Assembly: GCA_025454835.1 (NCBI GenBank)
Contig: JALONQ010000001.1
Coordinates: 392,990-456,989, forward strand
Reading direction: 5' to 3'
DNA: 64,000 nucleotides
From: Bacteroidota bacterium
GTDB taxonomy: Bacteria > Bacteroidota > Ignavibacteria > UBA10030
Numbering within the stretch: position 1 is the first letter of the stretch; each line of letters opens with the position of its first letter. Below the pieces are notes generated by a model. That model had not been told where the DNA came from. It searched no databases and saw only the letters and a program-made list of their open reading frames with translations. This document shows positions 9,620-18,333 of this stretch, one piece after another. The position numbers were made by a program, and so were the translations under genes.

Positions 9620-10960
9620 CTACACCAGCCCCTGGTCCATCATCGAGGTCGCCACCTTCAGGAATCCGGCGATGTTCGCACCGGTAACGTAGTTCCCCGG
9701 TGCGCCATACGTCCGTGAGACTTCGAGACAGGTGTCGTGGATCGTTGTCATGATCTGATGGAGGCGCTGGTCGACCTCGTCGCGGGGCCAAGCCAGCCGC
9801 ATGCTGTTCTGACTCATTTCGAGGCCCGAAGTGGCCACCCCGCCGGCGTTCGACGCCTTGCCGGGCGAGAACAGCACCTTCGACTCCTCGAACACGCGGA
9901 TACCGCCCAGCGACGTCGGCATGTTCGCGCCTTCGCAGACGCAGAAGCATCCGTTCTTCACGAGTTCTTTCGCGTCATTCTCGTCGAGCTCATTCTGCGT
10001 CGCGCACGGAAGTGCCACGTCGACCTTCGTGCCCCACGGCCGCTTGCCGGCGTGGAATTCGACCTTGAACTTGTCGGCGAAGTCTTTCACGCTGTCGCGG
10101 GCGCTGGCCCGCATCTCGAGCATGTATTCGATCTTCTCCCCTGAAATGCCGCTCGGGTCGTGGACGAACCCGTCCGGTCCTGAGAGGGTGACGACCTTCG
10201 CGCCGAGTTGGGTCGCCTTCAAGACGGCGCCCCATGCCACGTTGCCGAAGCCGGAGACCGCCACGCGCAACCCGTCGAAGCTCTTGCTGCGCGTCTTGAG
10301 CATCTCCTGCGCAAAGTAGACGACGCCGAAACCGGTCGCCTCGGGCCGGATACGTGAGCCACCCCAATTGAGGCCCTTGCCCGTCAGGACGCCGGAGAAC
10401 TCGCGCGTCAGGCGCTTGTACTGGCCGAACAAGTACCCGATCTCACGCGCGCCGACGCCAATATCGCCCGCAGGCACGTCGATGTCTGGACCGATATGCC
10501 GGTAGAGCTCCGTCATGAAGCTCTGGCAGAACCGCATCACCTCAAGATCGCTCTTCCCCTTCGGGTCGAAATCCGAACCGCCTTTGCCGCCTCCCATGGG
10601 GAGCGTCGTGAGGGCGTTCTTGAAGACCTGCTCGAACGCCAGGAACTTCAAAGTGCCGAGTGTGACCGACGGGTGGAAGCGCAGACCGCCTTTGTAGGGA
10701 CCGATGGCGCTGTTCATTTGAACGCGAAAACCCCGATTGACGTTGAACTCGCCACGATCGTCGAACCAAGGGACGCGGAAGATCACCACGCGTTCGGGTT
10801 CGACCATCCTTTCGAGGATCTTCGCCGAGCGGTATTCGGGGTGGCGTGCCAGCACCGGCTCCAGGGAATGCAATACCTCTTGTACTGCTTGATGGAACTC
10901 GGGTTCCGCGGGGTTCTTCGTCTTGACCAGGGTGAGGATCGATTCAGAGTAGGAATTCAT
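9620..10960 (-). CDS. gdh: Glutamate dehydrogenase, NAD-type fingerprint (446 aa)
   Basis: Same GDH core motifs; SGFGNVAWGA...TLSGPDG resembles Clostridium symbiosum NAD-GDH; GGAG SD before ATG 10960. Confidence 0.93.
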   Translation of the reverse strand: MNSYSESILTLVKTKNPAEPEFHQAVQEVLHSLEPVLARHPEYRSAKILERMVEPERVVIFRVPWFDDRGEFNVNRGFRVQMNSAIGPYKGGLRFHPSVTLGTLKFLAFEQVFKNALTTLPMGGGKGGSDFDPKGKSDLEVMRFCQSFMTELYRHIGPDIDVPAGDIGVGAREIGYLFGQYKRLTREFSGVLTGKGLNWGGSRIRPEATGFGVVYFAQEMLKTRSKSFDGLRVAVSGFGNVAWGAVLKATQLGAKVVTLSGPDGFVHDPSGISGEKIEYMLEMRASARDSVKDFADKFKVEFHAGKRPWGTKVDVALPCATQNELDENDAKELVKNGCFCVCEGANMPTSLGGIRVFEESKVLFSPGKASNAGGVATSGLEMSQNSMRLAWPRDEVDQRLHQIMTTIHDTCLEVSRTYGAPGNYVTGANIAGFLKVATSMMDQGLV

Positions 10961-11196
10961 AGAAGGTTCTCCAAGGGACTCGGATTTCAGTTCCTGCAGC
11001 GGAGGTGGTAGGGAGGGATCTCCGCGTTGGACAGTTCGCCGCTCTGGCAGCAATCGTCATGCCCGAGGACGGGTACAGATGTTCCTCCAAATTCAGTGGA
11101 AATGCAAGGCAGACAATCGGTGCCACGCCCACATGGGACTTCCGGAGGACCATTTCTTAGCGGTGGGAAGGCTATTCCCGGGAAGACGCACGGTGC

Positions 11197-11229
11197 AAAA
11201 ACGCGAAGGTCCCCGGAGAGGGGACCTTC
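11197..11229 (-). terminator. Intrinsic terminator after the B12 uptake operon
   Basis: Minus strand GAAGGTCCCC-TCTCC-GGGGACCTTC followed by GCGTTTTT. Confidence 0.7.
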
Positions 11230-11250
11230 AAAGGCACAGACCGGAAACGT

Positions 11251-11778
11251 TCAACGGGATGCGGGTTCTGTCGACATCGCCCAGGAAGGCATCCAGCGGC
11301 GGGCGAACTCGAACGTGCCCGAGAGGATGGCGACATACACAAGGTCCCCGAGCACCGTGTTGCGGAAGAAGGGAATGGCGACCACATAGCATTCAACGAG
11401 GCCCGCCCACGTTTTCGGATAGACGCCTCCATCTCCCACCAACCACACACCGAAATTCGTCACAAGGAAGAAGAACACCGATCCGCCGAGCGTTGCGCCG
11501 GCAACGACGGGCACGGACCGGCGATCGCGCAACCAGAGGCCGATCGCACTGCTCGCGGCAAAGCTGACATAGACGAACGGCATGATGCCATGCATGCCCA
11601 GGAAGAGGTCGCTCACGAGCATCGCCGCCAACGGAAGGATGAAGGCATACCGGCGATCGAGATACAACGCGCCCGTGAGGGCCAACGCCGCCAGCGGGGT
11701 CACGTTGGGCGGGTGCGGCAGGAACCGCGTGAGCGCGGCAATGCCGATGACGACCGTGGCGAAAAGAACGTGCTTCAT
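11251..11778 (-). CDS. DUF6580-like membrane protein (ECF S-component-like putative transporter)
   Basis: 175 aa, multiple hydrophobic helices, RFLPHPPNVTP, SDLFLG, FFLVTNFGVW, CY..AIPFFRNT; last gene of a B12-riboswitch operon. Confidence 0.72.
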   Translation of the reverse strand: MKHVLFATVVIGIAALTRFLPHPPNVTPLAALALTGALYLDRRYAFILPLAAMLVSDLFLGMHGIMPFVYVSFAASSAIGLWLRDRRSVPVVAGATLGGSVFFFLVTNFGVWLVGDGGVYPKTWAGLVECYVVAIPFFRNTVLGDLVYVAILSGTFEFARRWMPSWAMSTEPASR

Positions 11779-11835
11779 ATCAGCCTCCAGGTGAACGTAT
11801 GCGTGAATGATGGTACAGAAAAATCCGTTCGCATG

Positions 11836-12960
11836 CTACGGCAGGAAGACAAATCCATTCGGCGCCACGCCGATCCCTGCAACATAGGTCCGCACGGGGG
11901 TTCCCGACAGCGTGTGTACCTGCACGGTCCCATTGCTGACGAAATCGCCGGCCAGCGACAGATACAGTTCCGAGCGCGCGCGGTCCACGCCAACGCCATA
12001 GAAGTTCCCGGCGACGAGCAATGTCGACACGATCATCGGCGATGATCCTCCGGTCAGTTTCATCACACCCGATCCTCCCGCCCCGGAGACCGTGACGTAG
12101 AGGTCTCCCGATGCATCCACCGCGATCCGACCGGCGGGCTGGGAGAGGCGAACCGTATCGACCACATTGCCGGAGGCCCCGTCGATCGTCAGTACCGCTC
12201 CGGGCACGTCGAGCCCTCCTCCCCACGCCACCGATCCCGTGCACAGGACATGCATCAGTCCGGAAGTCCCGAGCACCCCGTATGACGGTCCGTGTGGCGT
12301 CGAGATCGTCGCCATCACGTTGTCGGTCTTCAGGTCGATGACGCTCACGCTCGAACCGTATCCCCATCCCCCATTGAAGACATACAGCCGGTCGCCGAAT
12401 CGGATCAATCCCTCCGGGTTGGTTCCGACGACGATCTCCTTGGCCACGACACCTCCGCTCAGGTCGAGCACGGAGACCGTTGAGTCCATATTCGTCACAT
12501 AAGCTAGGAGAGACGAGACGACCTCAATGGATCGCGGGGCGCGCGTGAGCATGATCGTCTGCAGCCAACGATGTGTGCCCGCTTCGATCACTTCGATCTT
12601 CCGGGAGTTGTTCACGACGACATACAACTTGCCGTTGGCGAGGGCAGCATGTTGGGCAACGTCTCCGAGCGTCCGTCCTGAATTGGCGGTCGAGAACACG
12701 GCCCCCGAGACGTTCGTCCGGTCCTCACCAATGAACGAGATCTCCGCGTTCGAAGCCAAGAACGACCCTTCGTTGATCACGTAGATGCCCTTGGGTCCAC
12801 TGACGGCTGGACCCGGGTCGACGACCGGGTCGCACCCTCCTCCAAGAATGACCGCCAGAAGCATGGAGCACACCCAGCCACCACGAAGGCGGATCTGTCG
12901 ACCTCGACTGAGGCCGCCGTTCACTGAAGATCCTGACACTGCACTACTCTCATTCGTCAT
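11836..12960 (-). CDS. YncE/BtuG-like beta-propeller lipoprotein, probable cobalamin-binding
   Basis: Lipobox-like VILGGGC; YVINEGSF...NAEISF, LGDVAQ, YVVVNNSRKIEVI, YVTN repeats; directly follows btuB; true start may be downstream of 12960. Confidence 0.75.
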   Translation of the reverse strand: MTNESSAVSGSSVNGGLSRGRQIRLRGGWVCSMLLAVILGGGCDPVVDPGPAVSGPKGIYVINEGSFLASNAEISFIGEDRTNVSGAVFSTANSGRTLGDVAQHAALANGKLYVVVNNSRKIEVIEAGTHRWLQTIMLTRAPRSIEVVSSLLAYVTNMDSTVSVLDLSGGVVAKEIVVGTNPEGLIRFGDRLYVFNGGWGYGSSVSVIDLKTDNVMATISTPHGPSYGVLGTSGLMHVLCTGSVAWGGGLDVPGAVLTIDGASGNVVDTVRLSQPAGRIAVDASGDLYVTVSGAGGSGVMKLTGGSSPMIVSTLLVAGNFYGVGVDRARSELYLSLAGDFVSNGTVQVHTLSGTPVRTYVAGIGVAPNGFVFLP

Positions 12961-14857
12961 GTGCGATGAGACCTATGGAGACGCCCAACCTGAAGCTGCG
13001 GCCGGGGAGTGGATATCCGGGAATGGACGTACCGGCGACGTCTAGGAGATTGTCCACGGTACCGATCAAGCTCATGCGTCGACCGACGAAAACGCCCACG
13101 AGACGGCCGGCGACCGACACCCGCGTGGTCGGCGGAAGACTCAGAGCCGCCAGATTGTCCAGTGTCGTGAATCGCCGGGAAAGGTAGCGAACGACCGGAC
13201 TGAGGATGAGCGGGCCCACGCTCACGTCCAGACCTGTCGAAGCGAGCCACCGCGGAACAAAGGGTACTTGCCGCCCCGGCAACGAGGGCGACCTCGATTC
13301 CACCATGGCGTAGGTGGCATTCGCCCACCACCGGAAGACCCCCGTCCGCCAGACGGCGTTCACATCGGCCCCTTCGCTCACCGTACGCGCCAAGTTGACC
13401 GGTGGCCATCCGGTGATCCGGTCGCGCGTGTCCGCGAAGAAGGCGTTGATGGAAGCTGAGAAAGCGCCGTCGGGGTGCGTCCTCAAATGGACTCCCGCGT
13501 CGGCCGTCACCACGCGTTCCGGCCGCAGATGCGGGTCGCCCCCCGGCTGCCAATACAGCTCATTGAAGTTGGGAGTGCGCACACCCGCGCCAAGACTGGC
13601 CCTGGCCGTCAGCATCCCGTCAGCGACAAGGGGCAACTCGGCGGCCAGCCGGGGACCGAATGAAGGACGCTGGTCCGACATCAGCTCCCAACGGACCATG
13701 GGCAGGATCCTCAAGCCGGAAGTGCCGTTCGTCCAGTCGGCCGAGGATGTGATGCTTGCCGCGACCCTCCGTGTTTCTTGCGTGAAGGCGTCTCCCTCAA
13801 GTTCCGCCGTCGAGACCTCAATCCCGGTTCCGGCCACCACCGCGTCTGAGATCCTCCACCGCCCCTGAACCCAGCCGCTCAGGATCCTGGTGACGAATCG
13901 ATCGGGGGGCGTAATGATGTCGTTCCGTTCCTCATACGACTCCTCTTGAAAAGAGGCCGACATTCCGCCTTCCCAACCAGTCCCGCCTGCTTCCTGGTGT
14001 ACGGCTCGGATGACAAGGTGGGCGACCTTGTCCCGAAGGCGGGCCAACGTCGTCGGTCCGGCGGTGACCGGTCCCGGCGATCCGCGGTCGGAGGAAACGG
14101 CCATGACAGTCGCTTCGACGTGGCCCCACGGGACTCCATGTACGACGGCCGAAGCAGCAGCGTGCCAGCGCTGGTACGACGCTCCTTCCCTCAACCGATC
14201 GGAAGCGCCGTCGGCGTCGACCCACGTGAATGGAAAGTCGCCGTCCGAACGGTCCACGCCGAATCGAACGCTCGTGGAGGCATATCGCCCAGCCTGATCC
14301 CACCGTAGATCAGCGCCCCCTTCGCCAAACGACCCGGAGCGCGCGCCGATCGTCAGGTCGTTCTTCATCGAGGGCCAGATCCCGAGCACGACGGCTCCGG
14401 CATTGGCGTCGGAGCCGAACAGAAGGGATTGTCCTCCCCGCACGACCGCGACCGCGTCGAAGATCGCCGCGGGATACAGGCCAAAGTCGACAAGGCTGTT
14501 CTGCGGACTGTTCAGCCGCATGCCATTCAACTGGACGACGGTCTGGGTTGCAGGAGCGTTTCGCAGGCTCACCGTCTTGATCCCACCCGGGCCGCCGATG
14601 TCACGAATGAACAGTCCTCCTTCGTCTTCGAGGACGGCGTCGAGCGACCGCCCGTCGAGCCGGCGGATCGACCATCCGTCCAGCCGAACGACGGTACCCA
14701 TCGTCTCTGCCGACCTCGGCACCAGTCGCGTCGCCGACACGACCACGACCGGCTGGGTGTAGCTTACTGATGAATCCGCAACGGACTGGCCCAGGAGGAC
14801 GTCCGAGGACGTCTGCACCAATAGGCAGATTGCGGCATGGGAGATGCGTCGATACAT
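12950..14857 (-). CDS. btuB: TonB-dependent receptor, BtuB-like
   Basis: TonB-box-like VVVSATR, plug motifs (QLNGMRLN, VVRGGQSLLFGSDA), RTPNFNELYW, LRPER, DNLLD...PGRSF; immediately downstream of a cobalamin riboswitch. Confidence 0.8.
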   Translation of the reverse strand: MYRRISHAAICLLVQTSSDVLLGQSVADSSVSYTQPVVVVSATRLVPRSAETMGTVVRLDGWSIRRLDGRSLDAVLEDEGGLFIRDIGGPGGIKTVSLRNAPATQTVVQLNGMRLNSPQNSLVDFGLYPAAIFDAVAVVRGGQSLLFGSDANAGAVVLGIWPSMKNDLTIGARSGSFGEGGADLRWDQAGRYASTSVRFGVDRSDGDFPFTWVDADGASDRLREGASYQRWHAAASAVVHGVPWGHVEATVMAVSSDRGSPGPVTAGPTTLARLRDKVAHLVIRAVHQEAGGTGWEGGMSASFQEESYEERNDIITPPDRFVTRILSGWVQGRWRISDAVVAGTGIEVSTAELEGDAFTQETRRVAASITSSADWTNGTSGLRILPMVRWELMSDQRPSFGPRLAAELPLVADGMLTARASLGAGVRTPNFNELYWQPGGDPHLRPERVVTADAGVHLRTHPDGAFSASINAFFADTRDRITGWPPVNLARTVSEGADVNAVWRTGVFRWWANATYAMVESRSPSLPGRQVPFVPRWLASTGLDVSVGPLILSPVVRYLSRRFTTLDNLAALSLPPTTRVSVAGRLVGVFVGRRMSLIGTVDNLLDVAGTSIPGYPLPGRSFRLGVSIGLIAHDE

Positions 14858-14867
14858 CGATCAGGTA

Positions 14868-14902
14868 CAAGAAAAGGCCCCGTCTCCGGAGGAGAAGGGG
14901 CC
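14868..14902 (-). terminator. Probable riboswitch-controlled intrinsic terminator
   Basis: Minus strand GGCCCCTTCTCC-TCC-GGAGACGGGGCC-TTTTCTTG, ending about 10 nt before the btuB ATG. Confidence 0.6.
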
Positions 14903-14968
14903 AAGGGGTGCGCCGAATGGCGCAACCAACGATCCCGGTCCCTTCCCGCGAAGGCACGGTGCAGTTGC

Positions 14969-15160
14969 GATCTGGCAGGTCTCCTGGCTCTCCCGGCACC
15001 GACCGCCTTCTCAACCCTCCCGGGTCAATGGCGTTTCCGTCGATGCGCAGGCCCTTGCGGGCCGGGATCACAGTTGCGGGGCAGCTTCCGAATGGTCCCG
15101 CCGGAGCGGGACGCACGGAATTCCCTTTTCATCCCGCCGTGCGCGGCGGGACACCAGATC
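14969..15160 (-). ncRNA. Cobalamin (B12) riboswitch aptamer
   Basis: Minus strand: GATCTGGT...AAAAGGGAATTCCG...CGGAAGCTGCCCCGCAACTGT...GCCATTG...GAGAAGGC...GAGCCAGGAGACCTGCCAGATC (B12 box, P1 closes). Confidence 0.95.
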
Positions 15161-15240
15161 GTGATGAGACAAAGAACAGGACACAAACAACGTACGCCAA
15201 GGATCAGCCAAACGCAACCAACGCTTCCAGATCTCGGACC

Positions 15241-16956
15241 TCAGTACCCTACCGCGCCGCCGTCGGGATCGCGCGGGTCCGCCACGCCCCAACGGAGCCT
15301 CGTCGCCGGATCGACGAGGATGCCGTGCACGCGGCCCTGCGTTCCACCGAAGGACACGCGATGACCTTTGGCCCGCAACAGTTCCTCCGTGTCCCTCGAG
15401 ACGCCGAACCTCTCGATCCTTAGCACGTTCGGTTGCCACTGATGGTGGACCCGCTTCGCGGCCACCGCATCGATAAGGCTCATGCGATGGTCGACGAGAT
15501 TCAGCGTCACCTGCAGCACGGTATTGATGATCGTCCGGCCTCCAGGGCTCCCGATGAGCGCCCACGGCTGCCCATCCTTCATGATGATCGTCGGGGTCAT
15601 GCTCGACAACATCCGCTTCCCCGGTGCCACACGATTGGCCTTCGTACCGATGAACCCCAACGAGTCGGTGCGTCCAGGGACAGGGTTGAAGTCTCCCATC
15701 TCGTTGTTGAGGAGGAAGCCCAGCCCATCCGCAACGATACGCGATCCGTAGCCGTATTCCAGCGTGTACGTGACCACCACGGCGTTCCCCTCGGCGTCCA
15801 CGACCGAATAGTGGGTCGTCTGATCGCTTTCCGACGCTGATTCGACGGCGCTGACAGGGATGTCGCCGGCCCGCGCGCGGTCGATTCCCGCCCGCACGTG
15901 CTCGGCATACGTTTTTGAGGTGAGACGAGCGATCGGAAGCTGCGAGTTCGCGTCGGGGTCGCCCATGTGCGCTGCGCGGTCCGCAAACGCCCGCCGCATG
16001 GATTCGGTCACGAGATGAAGATACTCCGCCGAATTGTGGCCCAGGGCTTGGAGATCATACCCTTCGAGGATATTCAGCATTTCGATGAGCGCCGTACCGC
16101 CGGAACTCGGCGGGGGCATCGACACGATCTCGTGATCCCTGTATGTTCCTCGAATCGGAACGCGCTCGACGGCTTCGTACTCATTGAGGTCCGCCTCGCT
16201 GACGAGGCCTCCGTTCGCCCGCATGTCGACAGCCAGCAGGCGGGCCGTCGTACCTTGGTAGAATCCGTCGCGTCCGTCCGTCATGATGCGCCGGAGCGTC
16301 TCGGCCAGGTCGGGCTGCTTCCACGTCTCCCCCATTTGGTAGTTCGACCCGTCGGGCTTGAGGAAGACCTTGGCTGATGCGGGATAGCGTTTCCAGTCCG
16401 CCGTCAGGGCCTTAAAATCTGACGCCATGGACCAACTCAGCGGAAAGCCCTCTGCGGCGAGCCGCACGGCCGGCTCCGTCACCTCGCTCCAGGCCCGCGT
16501 ACCGAACCGACGCAGTGCCAGATCGAATCCTGCGATCGTGCCCGGCACCCCGACGGACAAGTAGCCCTCGTGGTTGAGGTCGTCAACGTACCGACCGTTC
16601 GCATCCAGGTACATCCGTTCGTGTGCCCCGGCAGGCGCCTTCTCCCTGAAATCGAAAGAGGTGGTCGTGCCATCCTTCCACCGGACGATCATGAATCCCC
16701 CGCCGCCGATATTCCCGGCGGCGGGATGAACGACAGCCAACGCCAATCCGGTGGCAACCGCCGCGTCCACAGCGTTTCCGCCCGACTTCAGCACCTCCAT
16801 CCCGACGCGAGAAGCCAGGACGTGTGCCGACACGACCATGCCGTGCTTCGCGACGGACGGACCGTTCGACGTCTGATCGGCGACTGTGACCGAGGGCGGT
16901 GCACAACCCCAGGTGACCGCAACCAGGGCGAGAGAGGCGAGGATGGCACGACGCAT
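15241..16956 (-). CDS. ggt: Gamma-glutamyltransferase, probably lipoprotein-anchored
   Basis: GGNAVDAAVA, GNIGGGGF, DFREKAP, PPPSSGG, TTHYSVVD (Thr nucleophile), LLNNEMGDF, LSSMTPTI, GSPGGRTII, ADPR; start MRRAILASLALVAVTWGC. Confidence 0.95.
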   Translation of the reverse strand: MRRAILASLALVAVTWGCAPPSVTVADQTSNGPSVAKHGMVVSAHVLASRVGMEVLKSGGNAVDAAVATGLALAVVHPAAGNIGGGGFMIVRWKDGTTTSFDFREKAPAGAHERMYLDANGRYVDDLNHEGYLSVGVPGTIAGFDLALRRFGTRAWSEVTEPAVRLAAEGFPLSWSMASDFKALTADWKRYPASAKVFLKPDGSNYQMGETWKQPDLAETLRRIMTDGRDGFYQGTTARLLAVDMRANGGLVSEADLNEYEAVERVPIRGTYRDHEIVSMPPPSSGGTALIEMLNILEGYDLQALGHNSAEYLHLVTESMRRAFADRAAHMGDPDANSQLPIARLTSKTYAEHVRAGIDRARAGDIPVSAVESASESDQTTHYSVVDAEGNAVVVTYTLEYGYGSRIVADGLGFLLNNEMGDFNPVPGRTDSLGFIGTKANRVAPGKRMLSSMTPTIIMKDGQPWALIGSPGGRTIINTVLQVTLNLVDHRMSLIDAVAAKRVHHQWQPNVLRIERFGVSRDTEELLRAKGHRVSFGGTQGRVHGILVDPATRLRWGVADPRDPDGGAVGY

Positions 16957-16966
16957 GATGCAGGCC

Positions 16967-17401
16967 TCAGAACGGTAGATCGTCGTCCTTGGCGGAAGGT
17001 CCGGGACCGGTCGGAGGCGAGGAAGGCCCGGGGTCCGAGGCTCCGCCGCCGGCGGCGGCGTCACGATTGCGGCCGTCGAGCATCACCATCTGATCGATGA
17101 CGATCTCCGTGACGTAGCGCTTCACGCCGTTCTTGTCGTCGTACGTTCGGTATTGCAGACGGCCTTCGACGTAGATCTTGCTCCCCTTCTTGAGGTATTC
17201 ACCGATGACCTCCGCCAGTTTCCGCCAGGCGACGAGGTTGTGCCATTCGGTGCGTTCCTGCGTGTTGCCCTCGGCATCGCGCCATGACTCGTTGGTGGCG
17301 AGCGTGAATGTGGCAACGGCGACACCGCTGCCGGTGTAGCGCACTTCGGGATCTTTCCCGAGGTTGCCGATCAAGATGACCTTGTTGACGCTGCGTGACA
17401 T
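16967..17401 (-). CDS. ssb: Single-stranded DNA-binding protein
   Basis: [27 protein letters not shown], acidic C-terminus DDDLPF. Confidence 0.97.
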   Translation of the reverse strand: MSRSVNKVILIGNLGKDPEVRYTGSGVAVATFTLATNESWRDAEGNTQERTEWHNLVAWRKLAEVIGEYLKKGSKIYVEGRLQYRTYDDKNGVKRYVTEIVIDQMVMLDGRNRDAAAGGGASDPGPSSPPTGPGPSAKDDDLPF

Positions 17402-17466
17402 AGGACCCCCGTCCAGTGTGATGTGTGATCGGTGAACGGTCTGCCGGCATGTTCCGGCAGCACCGG

Positions 17467-18333
17467 TTACTGCTCAAGTCGTATCCGTGCGATCGATCCG
17501 GCACTCAGTACGATCAAGTGCCCATCCTGCCAGCCGACGCTCCAGAGGTCCTGCAACGCGATCCCCGGCACGATCGACCCCCGATGCCAGCGATAGATGC
17601 GGCTCTCCGCCTCGTGAACGAGGAAAAGCGTGTCCGCCGAGACCGCTGCCAGCCAACCTCCCGCTCCGGCTGCGGCCCGGATGACCGTCCTGCCGCCCAA
17701 CTCCACGCGGCGCAGCTGATTGCCGAACAGGTCAACGATGCGAACGCCACCCGCCTCTCCGACAAGCAAACGCTCGGTGCCATCGACGCTCACGCAAGTG
17801 GGACCGTCAAGCGGAGGTCCACCCGATACCTCTCTGCCGATGCGAAAGGCGACCCGCCCGTCCGGCCGAAAGCCGACCACCTCGTCGGACTCTCCGTCGA
17901 GCACGACGAGGTCACCCCGTCCGCTGACGGCAACGCCGTTCGGAAATCCGAATCGGGCTCGCAGGTCCGCCGTGTCGCGGGTAGCGAACGAACTCAGCGG
18001 CCGCAGAGCGCGGTCATACGAGACGATGCGATGATTCCCGCGATCGGCGACATAGACCCGGTTTCCGTCGGTCGCCAGGCCCGAAGGCTGATCGAGCGCC
18101 GACAGACTCCAGCCGTAGCCACCGACCATTCCTCCGGACGTGCCGTCCGGCCGCTGCCAGACCACCTCATGTCGTTCCGGATCGGCCAGATACCAGGAGC
18201 CTCCGATGCCCACGGAGAGCGCTCGCACGGAGGAAGCGACCTCGACGCGCGCGACCTCGATGAGCAGCGGACGTGATTGCGGACCTGGCGGCGTCAGGAG
18301 CCAGAGGAGCGTCACTGCAACAAGCGCTGCCAT
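17467..18333 (-). CDS. NHL-repeat beta-propeller protein
   Basis: [44 protein letters not shown]; hydrophobic N-terminus. Confidence 0.75.
   Translation of the reverse strand: MAALVAVTLLWLLTPPGPQSRPLLIEVARVEVASSVRALSVGIGGSWYLADPERHEVVWQRPDGTSGGMVGGYGWSLSALDQPSGLATDGNRVYVADRGNHRIVSYDRALRPLSSFATRDTADLRARFGFPNGVAVSGRGDLVVLDGESDEVVGFRPDGRVAFRIGREVSGGPPLDGPTCVSVDGTERLLVGEAGGVRIVDLFGNQLRRVELGGRTVIRAAAGAGGWLAAVSADTLFLVHEAESRIYRWHRGSIVPGIALQDLWSVGWQDGHLIVLSAGSIARIRLEQ

Noticed and set aside
10961..11085. Possible glutamine (glnA) riboswitch in the gdh leader
   Set aside because: Some stems are possible, but I could not find the conserved glnA-motif core; an Infernal search would settle it
11101..11126. 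Sigma54-like TGGCAC...TTGC upstream of the GDH array
   Set aside because: GG-to-GC spacing is not the required 10 nt (TGGCACCGATTGTCTGC)
12950..13010. BtuB C-terminus lacks the usual terminal Phe (ends GLIAHDE)
   Set aside because: The frame is otherwise intact and overlaps the next gene; not enough to call a pseudogene
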